From: Mobula hypostoma
Lineage: Eukaryota
Assembly: GCF_963921235.1 (NCBI RefSeq)
Contig: NC_086097.1
Coordinates: forward strand, 165,170,001-165,234,000
DNA length: 64,000 nt
Direction: 5' to 3'
Position 1 is the stretch's first letter. Each line of letters opens with the position of its first letter. The notes under the pieces are model-generated. The model searched no databases and was not told the origin of the DNA. It saw nothing but the letters and a program-made list of their open reading frames with translations. The position numbers and the translations under genes were made by a program. Shown here piece by piece: positions 38,830 to 52,620 of the stretch.

Positions 38830-39575
38830 CTAATGTTGATAGTGTGATAGATGTAAAACCGAGACAGCTACATTAACACACGTTTTGGTCGTGTTCTGTA
38901 TTGAAACATTTTTGGAAATCTATTTTTTCTACAATTTCTAAAGTTTAAAAAAATTAATTTACAACCTAATAAATTGACAGTTTGGTATAATCCCTCAATA
39001 TATTCATGGTATTTCTCTATCAGACCAACATGTAATTGCATTCTTAACATTGTTGGCCAGAAGGACTATTTTGTTGAAATGGAAAGATGCTACTGCGCCT
39101 ACTTTGATATAATGGTTCTTTCAGGTGATGCTATGTCAGAGTTTGGAGAAAATCGGAAGTGAAACTTTTGATCCTCAATTTGATTTTGAGAAAAGGTGGG
39201 TCTTTTTGCCTGCTATTATCATCTGATTTGAGTTTTTTAATATGGTTTCCTTCCGACTTTTGTTTAAATGGATTTGAGTTGGCGGGTGGATGTTTTTCTC
39301 ATATGGAAGCTTGTATGGCATATAGCTCCGGGGTTGTGCTCCCAATGGGTTTTCTTTTCGTTTTTTTTAGTTAGTAGGGGTTTTTTTCTCTCTTTTTTCT
39401 TTCAAAAAAAAAATTAACACTTTATTTTTTCTTGTTATTGATATATTGCTTAGCTTTGTTAATCAGTTATTTGCTAATTTAATTCTTTACTGTACATATT
39501 GACATATTGACTTGATTATCTTAATGTATTTTTTGTTGATCTTTAGTAATAATAAAAAAGATTTTAAAAATGAAA
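38830..39575 (+). mobile_element. L1-clade LINE 3' end
   Basis: CDRC-x8-H..FWSC zinc knuckle (frameshifted), then LLARRTILLKWK..P...W...LEKI, a T-rich UTR and AATAAA with an A-rich tail. Confidence 0.8.
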
Positions 39576-39585
39576 ATATCATTGG

Positions 39586-39870
39586 GGCTCCAAGGTAGTG
39601 TAGCAATAGCATGACACTATTACAGCTCCAGGTGTTTCGGAGTTCAATTCTGGCATCATTTTGAAAGGCGTCTGTACATCTTCCCCATGGATGCGTAGGT
39701 TTTCCCTGGGTGCTCCAGTTTCTTCCCACAGTCTGAGGATGCACCGGGTATTGTAAATCGGTCATTGAAAACTATCCTGTGATCAGGGTAGGGTTAATTA
39801 GGATTGTTGGGGGTTGCTGGGCAGCATAGCTCAAGGGCCTACTCCACACAGTATTGCTAAATAAATAAAT
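39586..39870 (+). mobile_element. tRNA-derived V-SINE (HE1-like)
   Basis: A-box-like GTAGTGTAGC, B-box-like GAGTTCAATTC, V-domain-like TTCCCCATGGATGCGTAGGTTTTCCCTGGGTGCTCCAGTTTCTTCCCACAGTC, (TAAA)n tail. Confidence 0.8.
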
Positions 39871-40789
39871 CTGGACCAGTCAAAAATTTTATCGGCATTC
39901 ATACAGAACTAGAAATTATAGTTCTGGTGATTCTTCTGCATCTATTTACATGCTGTACTCCTTTAATTGGGCCTGTGCCTTAGCCACTTCCATCACAGCA
40001 GCCTCTGGCACAGCATAAATAACTATTAAACATAATGATTCTTCACCAAGCCTGCAATAAAATCAAAACTCTTTTGGCAATTAGACAGAGAGCTCAGACT
40101 TTCAGTGTTTGAGTTTGTATTGGTGTCTGTGAAATTCTTAATTCTCTCAGTTGCAGCTGCTTCCTCTATTTGTGGAAAGAATTTATAATAATGAAAGGAG
40201 TTTCAAAAAGTTGTTCTTGGCTCTACAATTGAAAGCATCCAGTGTAAATGGCACTTTGGTGTTATGCACAGCAATCACTTTTTTGTACCAATGTTGGGAT
40301 GTAAATTCTTTGTATGATCATGCCAGCATTTGATAGGTAGCTTGAAATGTTGTTCTGTTAGTTGGAATATTTACTCCAATGCACTTAGACATAGGCATTT
40401 CCTATTTTTTCTAGATCTTTCTTCATTTTGTATAAAGGTTCTGTTTTTATTTCTTTGGGAAATTTAGGAAGGAGCATTCTGCAATGATGCAGGGCTGAGT
40501 TCTAACAATAGAGCATCTGGCCACTTACTACTTTAGAAGGTATAGAAAATCAATCTTAGGGTATCTTTGTATTTAATATTTAAGATATTTATTGCACAGT
40601 TCTTATCAGTAGATAACACTTAATTCATACATAAAAATTGTAAGTCTTGTATATTATTAGATTCTACAGATGCTGGAAGTCCAGAGCAACACACACAAAA
40701 TGCTGGACAAACCCAGCAAGTCAGGCAGCATTTATAGAGAGGAATATACAGTCAACGTTTTGGGCCAACAAATGATCACGAAAATCTAG

Positions 40790-41314
40790 CAGCAGATCAA
40801 GTCTTAGATGGTGATAGTTTTTATACCTTACATAACGACATTAAATTTTTTAAGGTTGTTCATAAGAAATCTAACACCAGAACAAGTCTACATTGCTGGT
40901 TGTTTATATACTTTACATAAAGCCTAAAAAAAAGTAAAACTACAAATACAGTGTACTGTAATCTTTTAATCAAACCACGGCATTGCAGATGGAGACTGGA
41001 AGCTTTGCCGCTGTTTGTTGGTGTTCAATAGCTGATACAGGTATTTTCCCGATGCTGCTTTTGTTATCCTGCACACATTATGTCTTCATTATATTAATGG
41101 TGTGTACTAATTTTTACTGTTATGAATATATGTGTGATGAACAAGTGTAAGACCAAGACTTCTTACATAAATTATAACATAAATTTAGAGTTGGAAATGA
41201 TGATGATCCCAAGCTATCTCATTTTATATTCCAAAATTCTAAAATGCCCCATAAAAAATCCAAAATACAAATCACTTCCAACCCTAAGCATTTCGGTAAG
41301 GGGTACTCTACCTG
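40790..41314. mobile_element. Tigger/pogo-like DNA transposon end
   Basis: Right end AAGCATTTCGGTAAGGGGTACTCTACCTG|TA resembles Tigger4/MER46-type TIRs; left end not found. Confidence 0.5.
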
Positions 41315-43079
41315 TATTGATCTGAGTATGGAGAAAGTCAATTAGCATGTCTCTTTCTCCCTCTCTTTCCACTCACCACTCACCCATAAGAGAGTTCCTT
41401 ATATCCTGTGCAGCTAATGCTTGCCTGGTTGGGGGATGAGGTTGTGAATGTGGAAGCAAGATGTCACTGTCAATCTCTGTGCTGCTGGGCATAGTGCTCT
41501 TTAGGGTCTGCTTTATGGTCCATTGATTGCAAGGCTCCTTGCTGTACTTCAGCAGGTCCCTAGACCGTTGAAATACTAGAATCTCCTTTTAAAATTTCCT
41601 CACAAGCATTCTATTACTTGCATTGCACATATGTCTGTGCTCAGCTGGTACCCTGTTTGTGTACATTAGTGTGGAGCTCTCGAAATAGAAAGAGCCTCTA
41701 ATCCCTCAGAGCAGTTTAAATAATCAGGCAGTACTTGATGAAGGTGCAACGTGTGCTTCCAGTGCAGGAGGCTAATTTCATGATTTGGGATCTCTACTTT
41801 TGACTCCCAATTTTCTGTAGGCATATTTAAAAAAAAATGTATTGCAAGCTATCTTTAAGTAAATTTGCTATTTACTCTATAGCTCATAGCACATAGTATC
41901 TATGTGGGTGATACCTTGGTCTGATATACAGAGCATTGTCAGAGAAATTTCAGTAAGCCAGAATGTTTTTTGTCCAGATGCACTTTATCGTCTTTGCAAA
42001 AGGGATTTAAACAACTTTGCATGATCATGTAAATGCAACAAAGATCCTTTCAAGCCTCATTTAAACTTTATGCAAATATTTCCATTAATTTGCATGTTAC
42101 TGTATTTGTCAGTTTGAGTTGTATGACTCAAAACTCGTTTGGTGACACCTGAATGTTGCATGTGAGCAAAGAGCCAATTAAAGACCTGCTATTTCTCAAC
42201 TTTGTATAAGTTCATGTCTTGTTGCTTCATTTATCATTTTTTTTCAGAACTAATAACTTTGCGGAAATCCATCTGGACTAGCCCTGTTTAACAAATTTCA
42301 TATTAGATGTCCAGTTGTATGAAGTCTATGTTTTAACAAGTGCTCAGTAAACAGGCTAACAATTCTCCTTAGTTTACTTCAGTGCTGCTCTTGTTTGTCA
42401 CACTATAGTGCTCTTGATTTTCTTTCAATATTATTTTGGAAAGCACAAAGTCTGTTTTATATTCTTCACTTCCCTTTCCAATTTTGAGCACAGTGATGGT
42501 CAACCTTGGATTTTTATGATTTTTGTATCGTTAAACTCCAAATAATTTTCATTAACTGGATGATTCTTAATCTGGTGGCCCAGAAACTATTTATTCCTCG
42601 GTTACTTTAAAAATAATTTCTACCCAATCGCTAATAGATTATTTCTTCTCCTGATTTATACTTCTATTTATTCTTTCCCAGTAGCTTATCTGTATTTAAA
42701 TATGTCTTGTGTTTTATTATTTTATTTTTAGTTTCAAAAACCCATATGTGATCCAGTCAAACCAAAAAAGGACAATTCTAAGATGGTACAACAGAGGATT
42801 ATTCCACTATTATTTTCTGTGCTGTGACAAAACTACCTTATTGGACACACCCTCTTGTTTTTCTCCATAACTTGCTAAATTACCTCTTTTAGTGTTTATC
42901 TAATTTCATTTTGAAAATTCTGAAAATAATTACCTTTTAGAGATGTGTTCTTAATGTAGTGACTCATCAATTAATTTTCATTTTCTACTTCATTTTTTTG
43001 TCTTGAATTGCTTCAGGTACTGGCATTTCTATCACTGGATTACACTACTTGTACCCATGATGAGTTTGAATATCCTTCA

Positions 43080-43675
43080 AAAAGCTGAATGAGCTCAGCA
43101 AGTCAGGCAGCATCTATAAAGAGGAATTCACAGTTGACATTTTGTGCTAAGATCCTTCATCAGGACTGGAAAGAAAGGGGATACAAGCCAAAATAAGGAG
43201 GTGGGGGAAGGGAAGGAAGATAAGCTGGCAGGTGATAGTTGAAACCAGGTGAGGGGTAAGATGGGAAAGGAAGGGGAGGGGATGTAGTAAGAAGCTGGGA
43301 GGTGACAGGTGGAAGAGATAAAGGACTGAAGAAGGAATCTTAAATGATAGTGGGCCATGGCAGAAAGGGAATGAGAAGGAACACCAGAGGGAAGTGATCA
43401 CAGATGAGGAGAGAAGAGGTTATACAGAAGCCAGAATGGGGGAATTGAAAAAAGAATGAAGAGGGGTGGAGAAATTACCGGAAGGTAGAGGAATCAATAT
43501 TACCAGAAGTTAAAGAAATCCACCTCCCCACCTTATTCTGGCTTCTGCTCCTTTCTTTCCAGTTCTGATGAAGAGTCTTAGATGAAATGTTCCCTCCACG
43601 TCAGATGCCGAGTTCCTCCAGCATTTTGTGTATTTTGCTCCAGGTTTTCAGCATCGACAGAACCTCTTATGTTTA
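43080..43675. mobile_element. Older Penelope-like insertion with inverted junction
   Basis: Minus-oriented end (43080-43520) joined to a plus-oriented end (43520-43675), each with a decayed CTGATGA motif. Confidence 0.7.
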
Positions 43676-44568
43676 TATTTAGTGTTTAGAGCATCTCCAC
43701 ATACTGTAATTCCCTTCCCTGATTCTAATCTAGTAAATTTTTAAAGCCTTCATGTATTTTCTGAAGTGTAAAGCCAAAAGTTGGCCGAGTACGATGGCTA
43801 CGGCATAGCCATTGACACGATAACTACTTTGCTTTTATGTATTCTTGTGTTTTGTGTTTAAAAATCATAGATGCTGTAGGCCTCATTAAGTTATTTGGCT
43901 TGTTATGCTCCCTTCAGAATCTTGTGTACTTGTATGCTCAGGTCCAACTATCCTACCAACCACTTTCTTCTACAGCCTCCCACAATTTTGAATTTGTTCA
44001 TTGAAGTTTGTGGCGTTTGTTGGGAGGTTGGGGTGGTAATGTTGTGGTCTTAAAAATTTATTAGAATAGAGTTGATATGAAATAGTTTGTTATGAGAGCA
44101 ACCACAAAGTTTTATATTTCCTTTCCTCATTCACTTTATTAATGTGAAATATTTTCTTTATGCTAAATTTTATGTATCATTTTACCAAGTCTCCTATTGT
44201 CATTTTCCTTTATTGCACGTCCTGTATGAGTGTAGCTCGAACAACACTTGAGACAATGCCATCTTAAAAAGAAGCAGATACAGGACCTTGATTAGCACCC
44301 CATCAAGTGTTCTTTCAGAGTTGCTGAACCTAAATCCTGGAACACCTGATCCAACAACATTGTAGGAGCACCATCATTAAAACTGATAGTAGTGGTTTAA
44401 GAAAGTGGCTCACCTCACTCGAAACAGGGATGGCCAACTAATGCTGACTTTGCCGGAGACTTCCCCACATCCTGATAAAATATTTAAAAATGTTTTGTGT
44501 CAATTCCATAAAACCACCCAAAAAATATTATTAGTATAAAACTATGGATTACTTGCAATGGACTAGGC

Positions 44569-45778
44569 CAGGGGTCCCCAACTTCCTTTGCACCGCGGAC
44601 CGGTTTAATATTGACAATATTCTTGCGGACCATCCGACCCGGGGGGTGGGGCGGTGCGGGGGACGTTAATCACGACTGGAATATAGGTGATTAACTATAA
44701 GTCAACTATAAGTCACTTATAAGTGGCTAATACACTCAATTTCGTTTCTAAAGGGGGTTATCTCATGAATTTAACATTAAACACACCGCATATTTTCCTC
44801 ACATGAATATAGTGATAAGTCAGTTATAACAGTGGTCCCAAACTTCCGGGCCGCGATACATTGCTGCAAAGAATGCAGCGGTAGCCAGAACGCACCCAGC
44901 ACACCTTTAAGAAAAAAGCCGAAATAGACAAGCTAATTGATTAGGTGCTGCCTGGCACGTAATTGTCAGCCCAGTTCAGAGGCAACGCAATCGGCAATCG
45001 CCTCTGATCTGGGCTGACATTTACGTGCCGGGCGGCACCTAATTAATTAGCTTGTATATTTCGGCTTATTTCTTAAAGATGGGCTGGGTGCGTTCTTTGC
45101 GGCCCAGAGGTTGGGGACCACTGAATTATAAGTCAATAGCATCATAACGCTTTAAGTAACATTTGGATATTAAACACACAGCGCATATTTTCCTCGTATG
45201 AACATATAAAATCACTGCAGCACACCAATATCGCTGAATCAGTGGGAGCCCTGGGCTTGTTTTCCTGCAACAAGACGGTCCCATCAAAGGGTGATGGGAG
45301 ACAGCGATACTCGAAGGGGTTTCCTTATGTCCAGTCTATTCCGCAATTTAGTTTTCGTTGCATTCATTGCAGAAAACTCCGCTTCGCAGCGATATGATGT
45401 TGGAAATGGAAGCAACGTTTTCAGTGCTTTCGTGGCTTTCTCAGGATATTCAGCCTTGACTTTGATCCAGAATGCTGGCAGAGATGTTATGTCAAACATA
45501 CTTTTCAGCCCGTCATCATTTGCAAGCTCGAGGAGTTGATCTTTTTCCCACACTGACATGGAAGATTCACCGGAAACATTCACAAATGGGTCACGGACCC
45601 ATTCCTTTGCACGTCTTGAGTCACTGATGACCTCGCGTGCGTTCAAGTTCAACAGTGGGCGTGACAGGGAATGAGGAAAGGTGCAGCTGAGACTCGTATC
45701 GTTTCATATTGCCAAATCATATCGTTTCCTCGTGGCCCGGTAGTACATGCTTTGCGGCCCGGTGGTTGGGGACCACTG
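44569..45778 (-). mobile_element. Internally deleted hAT (Buster/Charlie) element with transposase C-terminus
   Basis: TIRs CAGGGGTCCCCAAC / GTTGGGGACCACTG; perfect TSD GACTAGGC; ORF 45284..45652 has WVRDPF...FWIKVKAEYP...LLPFPTSYRCEAEFS..KTKLRNRL (hAT dimerisation region). Confidence 0.93.
44830..45123. mobile_element. Palindromic hAT MITE nested in the hAT element
   Basis: TIRs CAGTGGTCCCAAAC / GTTGGGGACCACTG; TSD AGTTATAA/AATTATAA; body is a long inverted repeat centred near 44990. Confidence 0.88.
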
Positions 45779-48700
45779 GACTAGGCACCAGGCTTGGACA
45801 TATGGAGCCTATTTGATTAAGCAGAGTTCATCTAATATTAAAGGCCTTTACCAAAATTGCAAGACCTGTCCCACAGTTTACAAAGCAGTATATTTTAGGA
45901 TTGATTACTAATGATCAGGAGGCTGTTGAACTGTTGTAAAAGCCCACTGATTCACTAATATTTTTATAAAAATAAAACCTACCGTATAAATGTCCCATTA
46001 TTAACCAGGATATTGTTATTATATGACTCTTTGGCTGTGATATTGGTTACAGTCACAAAGCAGAAAATAGGAAGAGAATGTGTAATAATGTCCCAAAGAT
46101 GATTCTTCAACACTCTGAAGTTATTCCGGCAGGACACACAAAATTATTTCTATCTGCTACACCTCACTGCTTGAACAGTAGAACGAAGGTAGCAGCATAA
46201 TTATGCTTAAAAAGAATACAGGGGATCAAAGTCTTCATCTCTAGTTTGGTTAATGACAATATTGAGAATCCTTAACATTAACTTCAGAGCTATATGAATT
46301 ATCCCATTTATGGGCATGGACATGTGCTTATTACTACATACTACCCTATCCCAGCTTGTGAATGAGGAGTGTAGTACAGCAACAGGACATGGATCTTTAC
46401 TATCTGCAGTATTCATTGTGGTGAAAGGCTTTGTGATATCACTACAGATCAAGCTGATGTTTCTTAAACCCAGCCTTACTTTTGTTAAATGAAAGAGCTT
46501 AAGAGCACTTAAAACCTAGATGCTGAAAGTGTCTCTGTCCAAAAGGCGGTGCCGCCGCAGCAACAGCAGCATTCCAGTGTTATCTCCTATTACATCATTT
46601 GTCATATTCCTTCACTATTACCATCAAGCCAGAGACCAAAATCATAGAATGAATATACCATGGAAGGAAGTCATTTAACTCCAACTCTGTGCTGGCTCTA
46701 AATGAGCAATTTCGATACTACCATTTCACCATCCTCTCTTCATAGCACTGAGAGTTAGTTTTCCTTCCGGATACTTATCTACCACCCTTTTGCAGCAGAT
46801 TTCTATCTACCTGCAGTACTGTCCCTGGCAATGCGTTCCCCAGTTTTGCCACTGTAACATAAGTTTTGTCCTCATGCCACTTTAGTTCTTTGCTAATCAA
46901 TCTGTTTCCTTTGGTTCTTGACTCTTCTACTTATGTGAATGGTTTATTTCCCTTTCTTAGTCCATTATTTTCATGATTAAATATTATCTCTCCTAGATCC
47001 CTTTTGATCTTTTAGTCCAAGGGGAGCAATTCTAGTTTCTCCTAAAATAATAAGAGAAAAAGCTGCAATATTTAACATTTTTGCTTCCCATCAATGCTGT
47101 CTAAACTACCATTTCAAGATTCAAGATTGTTGAATGTCATTTCCAGTTCACAAGTTTAAAGAGAATGAAATAATTGTTACTTGGGATCTGATGCAGCTCA
47201 AAAAAACACCAAGATAAATAACACAAATATAAATACTTAAGATAGCATATATACATTGTATGTCCATTAAGTGATGCTAGGCATAGCAGCATCTGTACAT
47301 AAGGTGACTCTGATAGGAGTAAAGTCGTAGTTGGGGGTGCGGTGGGGTGGATTATTGGTTGGAGCTGTTGATGATCAGCCTTGCTGTTTAGAGAGGTAAC
47401 CAACTGTTTTTGAATTTGGTAGTCCTGGCATGGATGCTACATAGCATCCTCCATGAGCAGGATGGGTGAGATCCTTCGTGATTTCTGTTTTTATTTTAGG
47501 ATTTCCAACATCAGTAGGTTTTTTTTTCTCTAGCTTCATTCTGTCTCCTTATCTAAAGTCCCTTATTCCCTGATTCATTTTGCTCAATTTCTGCTGCACC
47601 CTATCTCAGAGCTTCAGTTTATTTTCTAATGACGGACTAGCCAAATCCTTATTATCTTCCCAAGTCAGTAAAATTTGAAGTAGACAACCCAACAGTGAAA
47701 AATACAAATGAAAATTGAAATTAATCTTGATTTTGTTGGGTACAGTCTAACATCCACACTTGGTATTGATCTGAACTTAGCTGGCTTCAGATCTAAAACT
47801 TGGAACTCATTGGCCAAGATCACCCTGTATTCTTTCAGTGAATCCCTGTATGTTGCCAGAGCCTTAAGTAACATTATCAGATTATTTAGGTGGGTAAAAC
47901 AAAGCATGTCTACCAAATTGCTGACAAGTTTGACAGATGCCAAAACCATGCCTGTCTCTGCATCCTTATCAAAAGCATCGCTGTAAAGCCAAAATTCAGA
48001 AACATTCATAAACTATTAGAATTATGAACAAACTCATCTTAAAATGCAGTAAGCCATTTTCAAAAAATACAGCAAGTGCTGAAAAAAATATAACATTACT
48101 TTTTTAAACTACATTGGAATAAAAAGAATCTCCATTGAAATAAATGGGTTTGTGGATTCTGTACCAGTTACAATTTAGTACTGAATATGTGCACAGGGTC
48201 TCCCCCTCCCCCCCCCCACCACCCTAGGTGTGCTGCAGAATCTCAAGAAGTTCAGTCTCTGCATTTGAGCTCTGTGAATTAGCCAGATGAAATCAGTAAG
48301 CAAGTTGAAGAATTCAGTCATTGAATTAATGTGCCAAAGTCCTGTACTTGCTTGCATCTTTAGGGGTGAATGAAGCCATTTCTCTGCACAACTGCTGGCA
48401 TTTACTAGCAGGATTTAGAAATCAAGCGCAACAATTCTGCCATCACAAGACTGCAGATACTGGAAGTTGGGAGCAACATGCAGAGCAAGCCAAGCAGCAT
48501 CTATAGAGGGAAATGAGCAGTCAACATTCCATTCATCTAGACTGTTGGCTCAGTGGAATGGCCAGTACATTTCTGTTCACCAATTAGTTTGAACTTCGAA
48601 AAATAACTAATTCACACCAGCACTGAAGATTGTTTTAAATTAGAGAGGCATCCATGGAGTGAGCATTATGTGTAGTGTTGAAACTGAATTAAAATGAAGA

Positions 48701-50449
48701 TAATTTGTAAATTTGTCAGCAGTGTTAGTATTGGGAGCAGTTTGAAGATCAGTGATGACCACAACAATAATGCATTGGTTTGAGAGTTATAGTGTCGTGA
48801 TCAATGAGTATTGATTATTTTAAGTTAATACCATGCATTGCATTTATATGTGAGTTTATTCTGTAAAGTATTTTGAAAATCTTTTGCTCCAGGTATTGAA
48901 TTCTGTTTTAAAAGTTAGTTTTGATCTACTCACCAGAAGTATTTTTGTTTTACAATTAATGTTGCAATTAGAAGTGTGTGATTGACTGTGATAATATTCT
49001 GTAAGTAATGTTTGAGTAAATTATCAAAGAATTTTTTGATTTAACTACAGTTTAGGTTTTAATTCTAGGAAATCTATTCTAACCTTGAGCCACTAGAGGA
49101 AAATTCATCGTAACAATTAGCTGATATTCCACATTGTGACATGTGGCTTAGGTTCTCGGTTACCTTGGCTAACTTGATCCATTGGAGTTTTATAAATAAT
49201 AAATGCAGTTTTCCTGTGTGGTGTATATTTCCTGCCCATTTCTTTCCTGCTTCTCCTTTTTAATGAGTATTATCTGTTATGTTTTATAGTTCCAGTTATT
49301 CTACACCTCATTGAGTTATTCTAGACAGGCCCCTTGACTTAAAGCAGTCCTTTTTTCTACACTAAGGAATGGATTGAAATGTGCTGTGGTGCAGGCATGG
49401 TTGGCACACAAACACAACAATACCAATGGTTAGGACTTGTACTCACTCTACTACTAAATTCGGTGGCTAAGATTTTTGGTTCATGTTATCACTAGTCATA
49501 TCATTAGGCAGTTAAAATGTAAGAGAACACTGTACGAGGAGGCAACATCACACTCAATGTCAACAAGACATTACTTTGCTTTACTGGCTTTGAGAAGATT
49601 CTGGGAAGCAAGCACATACTCTGGCCTTGGTGCGAAGAAACTTCGAGACGGGACGCAAGCCAATGTTTGACTCCATTTTACTGTTTACGTGTCCATTAAT
49701 TGCTGATTAACACATCAAGGAAGACTGAGACATTGAGATGAACGCAGAAGGTAAGCAAAGGGGTTCAGCGCCAACTGCCTGCCTTTTTGCTCACTGCCAG
49801 AGGAGGGGTCTGTGTGCAGCATGTTGCTGTGTGGCTTGCTGTGGTAGATGAGTAGGCCTCTCTGCCTTATGTAGTGTCCCTCTCTTTCAATGGATGCAGG
49901 TGATATCGGAGGATAGTATTGTGGTCCTGTATTTTGTGGATTGGACTGTTGTGTTTATAGACTGTGGTCTTTTTCAGACTTAACGGTTTTTATATTCTGT
50001 GTTTTTTATAGACTATTCCTTTTCTGTTTTGTTGGATGTGAAGGGGGTGTGGTGTTTGGAGGTTGATATTCTGTTAGTTTTTTTGTCCGGGGGAAGGGTT
50101 GTTTTTTGGGAATTGATGTTCCGTTTTGTGCAGGGTGGGTGGGGTTGATGATCGGTTCATTTTTCGGTTTTTGTGTGGGGGGGGCAGTTGTTTCTCCCTG
50201 TTCTTTCTTTGTTTCTAGGATATCTGGTGAGATACAAATTTCAGAATTGAATTCTGAATTACAGGCTTTGATAATAAATGAACCTTCGAAGACCGACAAA
50301 GTGACTGTTTACTTTAGAAAGGGGAAGTCAGGAAAACTCGTAAATCCCCATTGAGGGGTCAGTGGTAGAAGGGGCGAACAGCTTTAAGTTTCTGGTTATC
50401 AACATCTCAGGATCGATCCTGGGCCTGACAGATGCAATCATGAAGAGAC

Positions 50450-51055
50450 ATGTCGCCAAGGTCAGGGATGGCTTCTGTCTTCCTTTTATCTGGCTCCTGA
50501 AAGGATCTCTTTTACGGTAAGATGGGCTCTTGGTCTTGCAATCTACCTCATTCAGATCCTGCACTTCTTCGTAGAAATCAAGGCCTTCCATTGGTTGGTT
50601 TGACCATGAATGTTGTGTTCCAGCTGTCTATGTGTTAACACAAACCATATCATACTGCCCTGGATCACATACTGGAGAGCATGGTGTTGCCCCTCTAGCA
50701 GGCTTCTGCTCTCCATGGAGCTGATAAATCCAAAGGAACAATAGAGATCAATATAGTTTGGCAGCTGTGGCATCGCAGGGGTTGCCAGTCAGCGTTGAAC
50801 TCAACGTAGGACTGCCTTAGGTTCTCCAACTCTGCATTTTTCCACGGGGTTTATTCCTGAAGCCTTCCCCATGAGTGGGTATAGCCTCAAGGCTGCAGAG
50901 GTTTGAGATCAAGAGTTTTCCTTCTACTTGATGAGCTGCTAACCATGGCTGATGAGCCCCATCTACCCAAAGCACCAGATTTTAAGGACCAGTGACCTCC
51001 CTTTGCCCCTTCTGTCAGGTTGTTCCAGGCTTAGTAGCTATGTCGCACATGAAAA
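50450..51055 (-). mobile_element. Probable RTE-clade 5' region or RTE-derived SINE
   Basis: Recalled resemblance of GAGTTTTCCTTCT...GATGAGCTG...GAGCCCCATCT to RTE 5' UTRs; not verifiable here. Confidence 0.35.
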
Positions 51056-52620
51056 CCGCTCTTGGGCCCTCGGAGACTCCATCTTCCTCTCACTCCACCA
51101 TCCCTGAATACCTCAAACCTCCCTTTTCCTCAGATACTACCAGCCCCCTTCCCCCTCCAATCCCAGCTCTCATCCGTACCAGGTCTTCACCATTCACTCT
51201 GACCTTCCCCTCTCTGAGGCAGAATGTTCTGTCCTCAGTAAAGCCTCACCTGCGAAAATGGGGGAACACCCCCCTCTCCCTTGCCAGGGAGAGAGAGAAT
51301 CTGTGGTTTGTTGGATGAAATGCGAAGCCTTTGGGGTAACTGTAAGGTCTGTGTCTTTGCTATCGCTTAGCACACGTTTGTGGTTTGTTGCTTTTTGTTT
51401 TGCCAGTGGGGGAGGGGGGAACTGGGAGGACTTTGGGGTTCTCACATTTAACCGTCGTTCATTCTTTGGGGCACTTTCTGTTTTCGTGGATGTTTGCGAA
51501 GAAAAAAGCATTTCAGGATGCATATTGTATACATTTCTCTGACATTAATATTCGATCTTTGAACTTTTGAACCTTTACCCCTCTACACCCACACCTCAGC
51601 AAGTTCTGAACCTGCCATGACGCTGATCTTTTCTTCCGCCACCTCTGTCTCTGAGCCTACTTCTTTGGCAAGGACTCTCCACCCTGCACCGGTGACCCCT
51701 TCTCCTGTCTTTAACCCTCCTCTTCCTGGACACCCCACCCTGGTCTTCTGCCTGCTCTGGACCTTTTCATTGCCAACAGCCAAAGGGATATCAGCCGCCT
51801 TGACTTCAACATTCCCCTCTCCAGTTCCAACCTCACCCCTTCCAAATGCTCTGCTCTCCACTCCCTCCGCACTAATTCTAACCTCACCGTCAAACCCGCA
51901 GATAAATGGGGTGCAGTAGTAGTCAGGCAGACCGACCCCTATCTTGCTGAGGCGCAGCGACAACACTGAGACACCTCCTCTTATGTACCTTTTGATCAGG
52001 ATCCCACTAAGGAGCACCAGACCATTGTCTCCCACACCGTCACTGACGTTATTAGCTCTGTGGATCTCCCATCCGCTGTCATCAACCTCAAATTTCCTTC
52101 AGCCTGCACCTCCCGTTTATCTACCTCCTACCCAAGGTCCACAAACCCACTTGTCCAGGTAGACCCATTGTTTCAGCTTGTTCCCGCCCCTCTGAACTTG
52201 TATCTGCATACAGTACATTGACTCTGTCTTATCCCCCCCAGTTCAGTCCCTTCCTACCTATATCCATGACACTTCACACATTTTGGATCTTTTCAATGTT
52301 TTCGAGTTCAATAATTCTATCCATTTGTCCCTCCTCACTGGTCTCCCTCCTGGCACTTACCCTTGCAACCAAAACAAGTGCTACACCTGCCCCTACACTA
52401 CCTCCCTCACTACCATTCAGGACCCCAAGCAGTTCTTCCAGGTGAGGGGACACTTCACATGTGAATCATAGACTGTGTCTGGTGCTCCCGGTGTGGCCTC
52501 CTGTATGTCGGTGAAACATTGACTACTCTTTTCCATTGATGCGGCCTGGCCTGCTGAGTTCCTCCTGCATTTTGTGTGTGCTGCTTAGATTTCCAGCATC
52601 TGCAGGTTTTCTCTTGTTTG
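51056..52620 (+). pseudogene. Decayed Penelope-like ORF (N-terminal RT region to GIY-YIG linker)
   Basis: LSEAECSVLSK, LTVKPADK-GAVVV and RPIVS remnants, then PGTYPCNQNKCYTCPYT matching 18953..19633; interrupted at about 51251-51574 by another retroposon tail. Confidence 0.82.

Noticed and set aside
47665..48009. 114-aa minus-strand ORF with a nearby acceptor-like site
   Set aside because: No recognisable motif, an overlapping opposite-strand ORF of similar length, and no clear donor.
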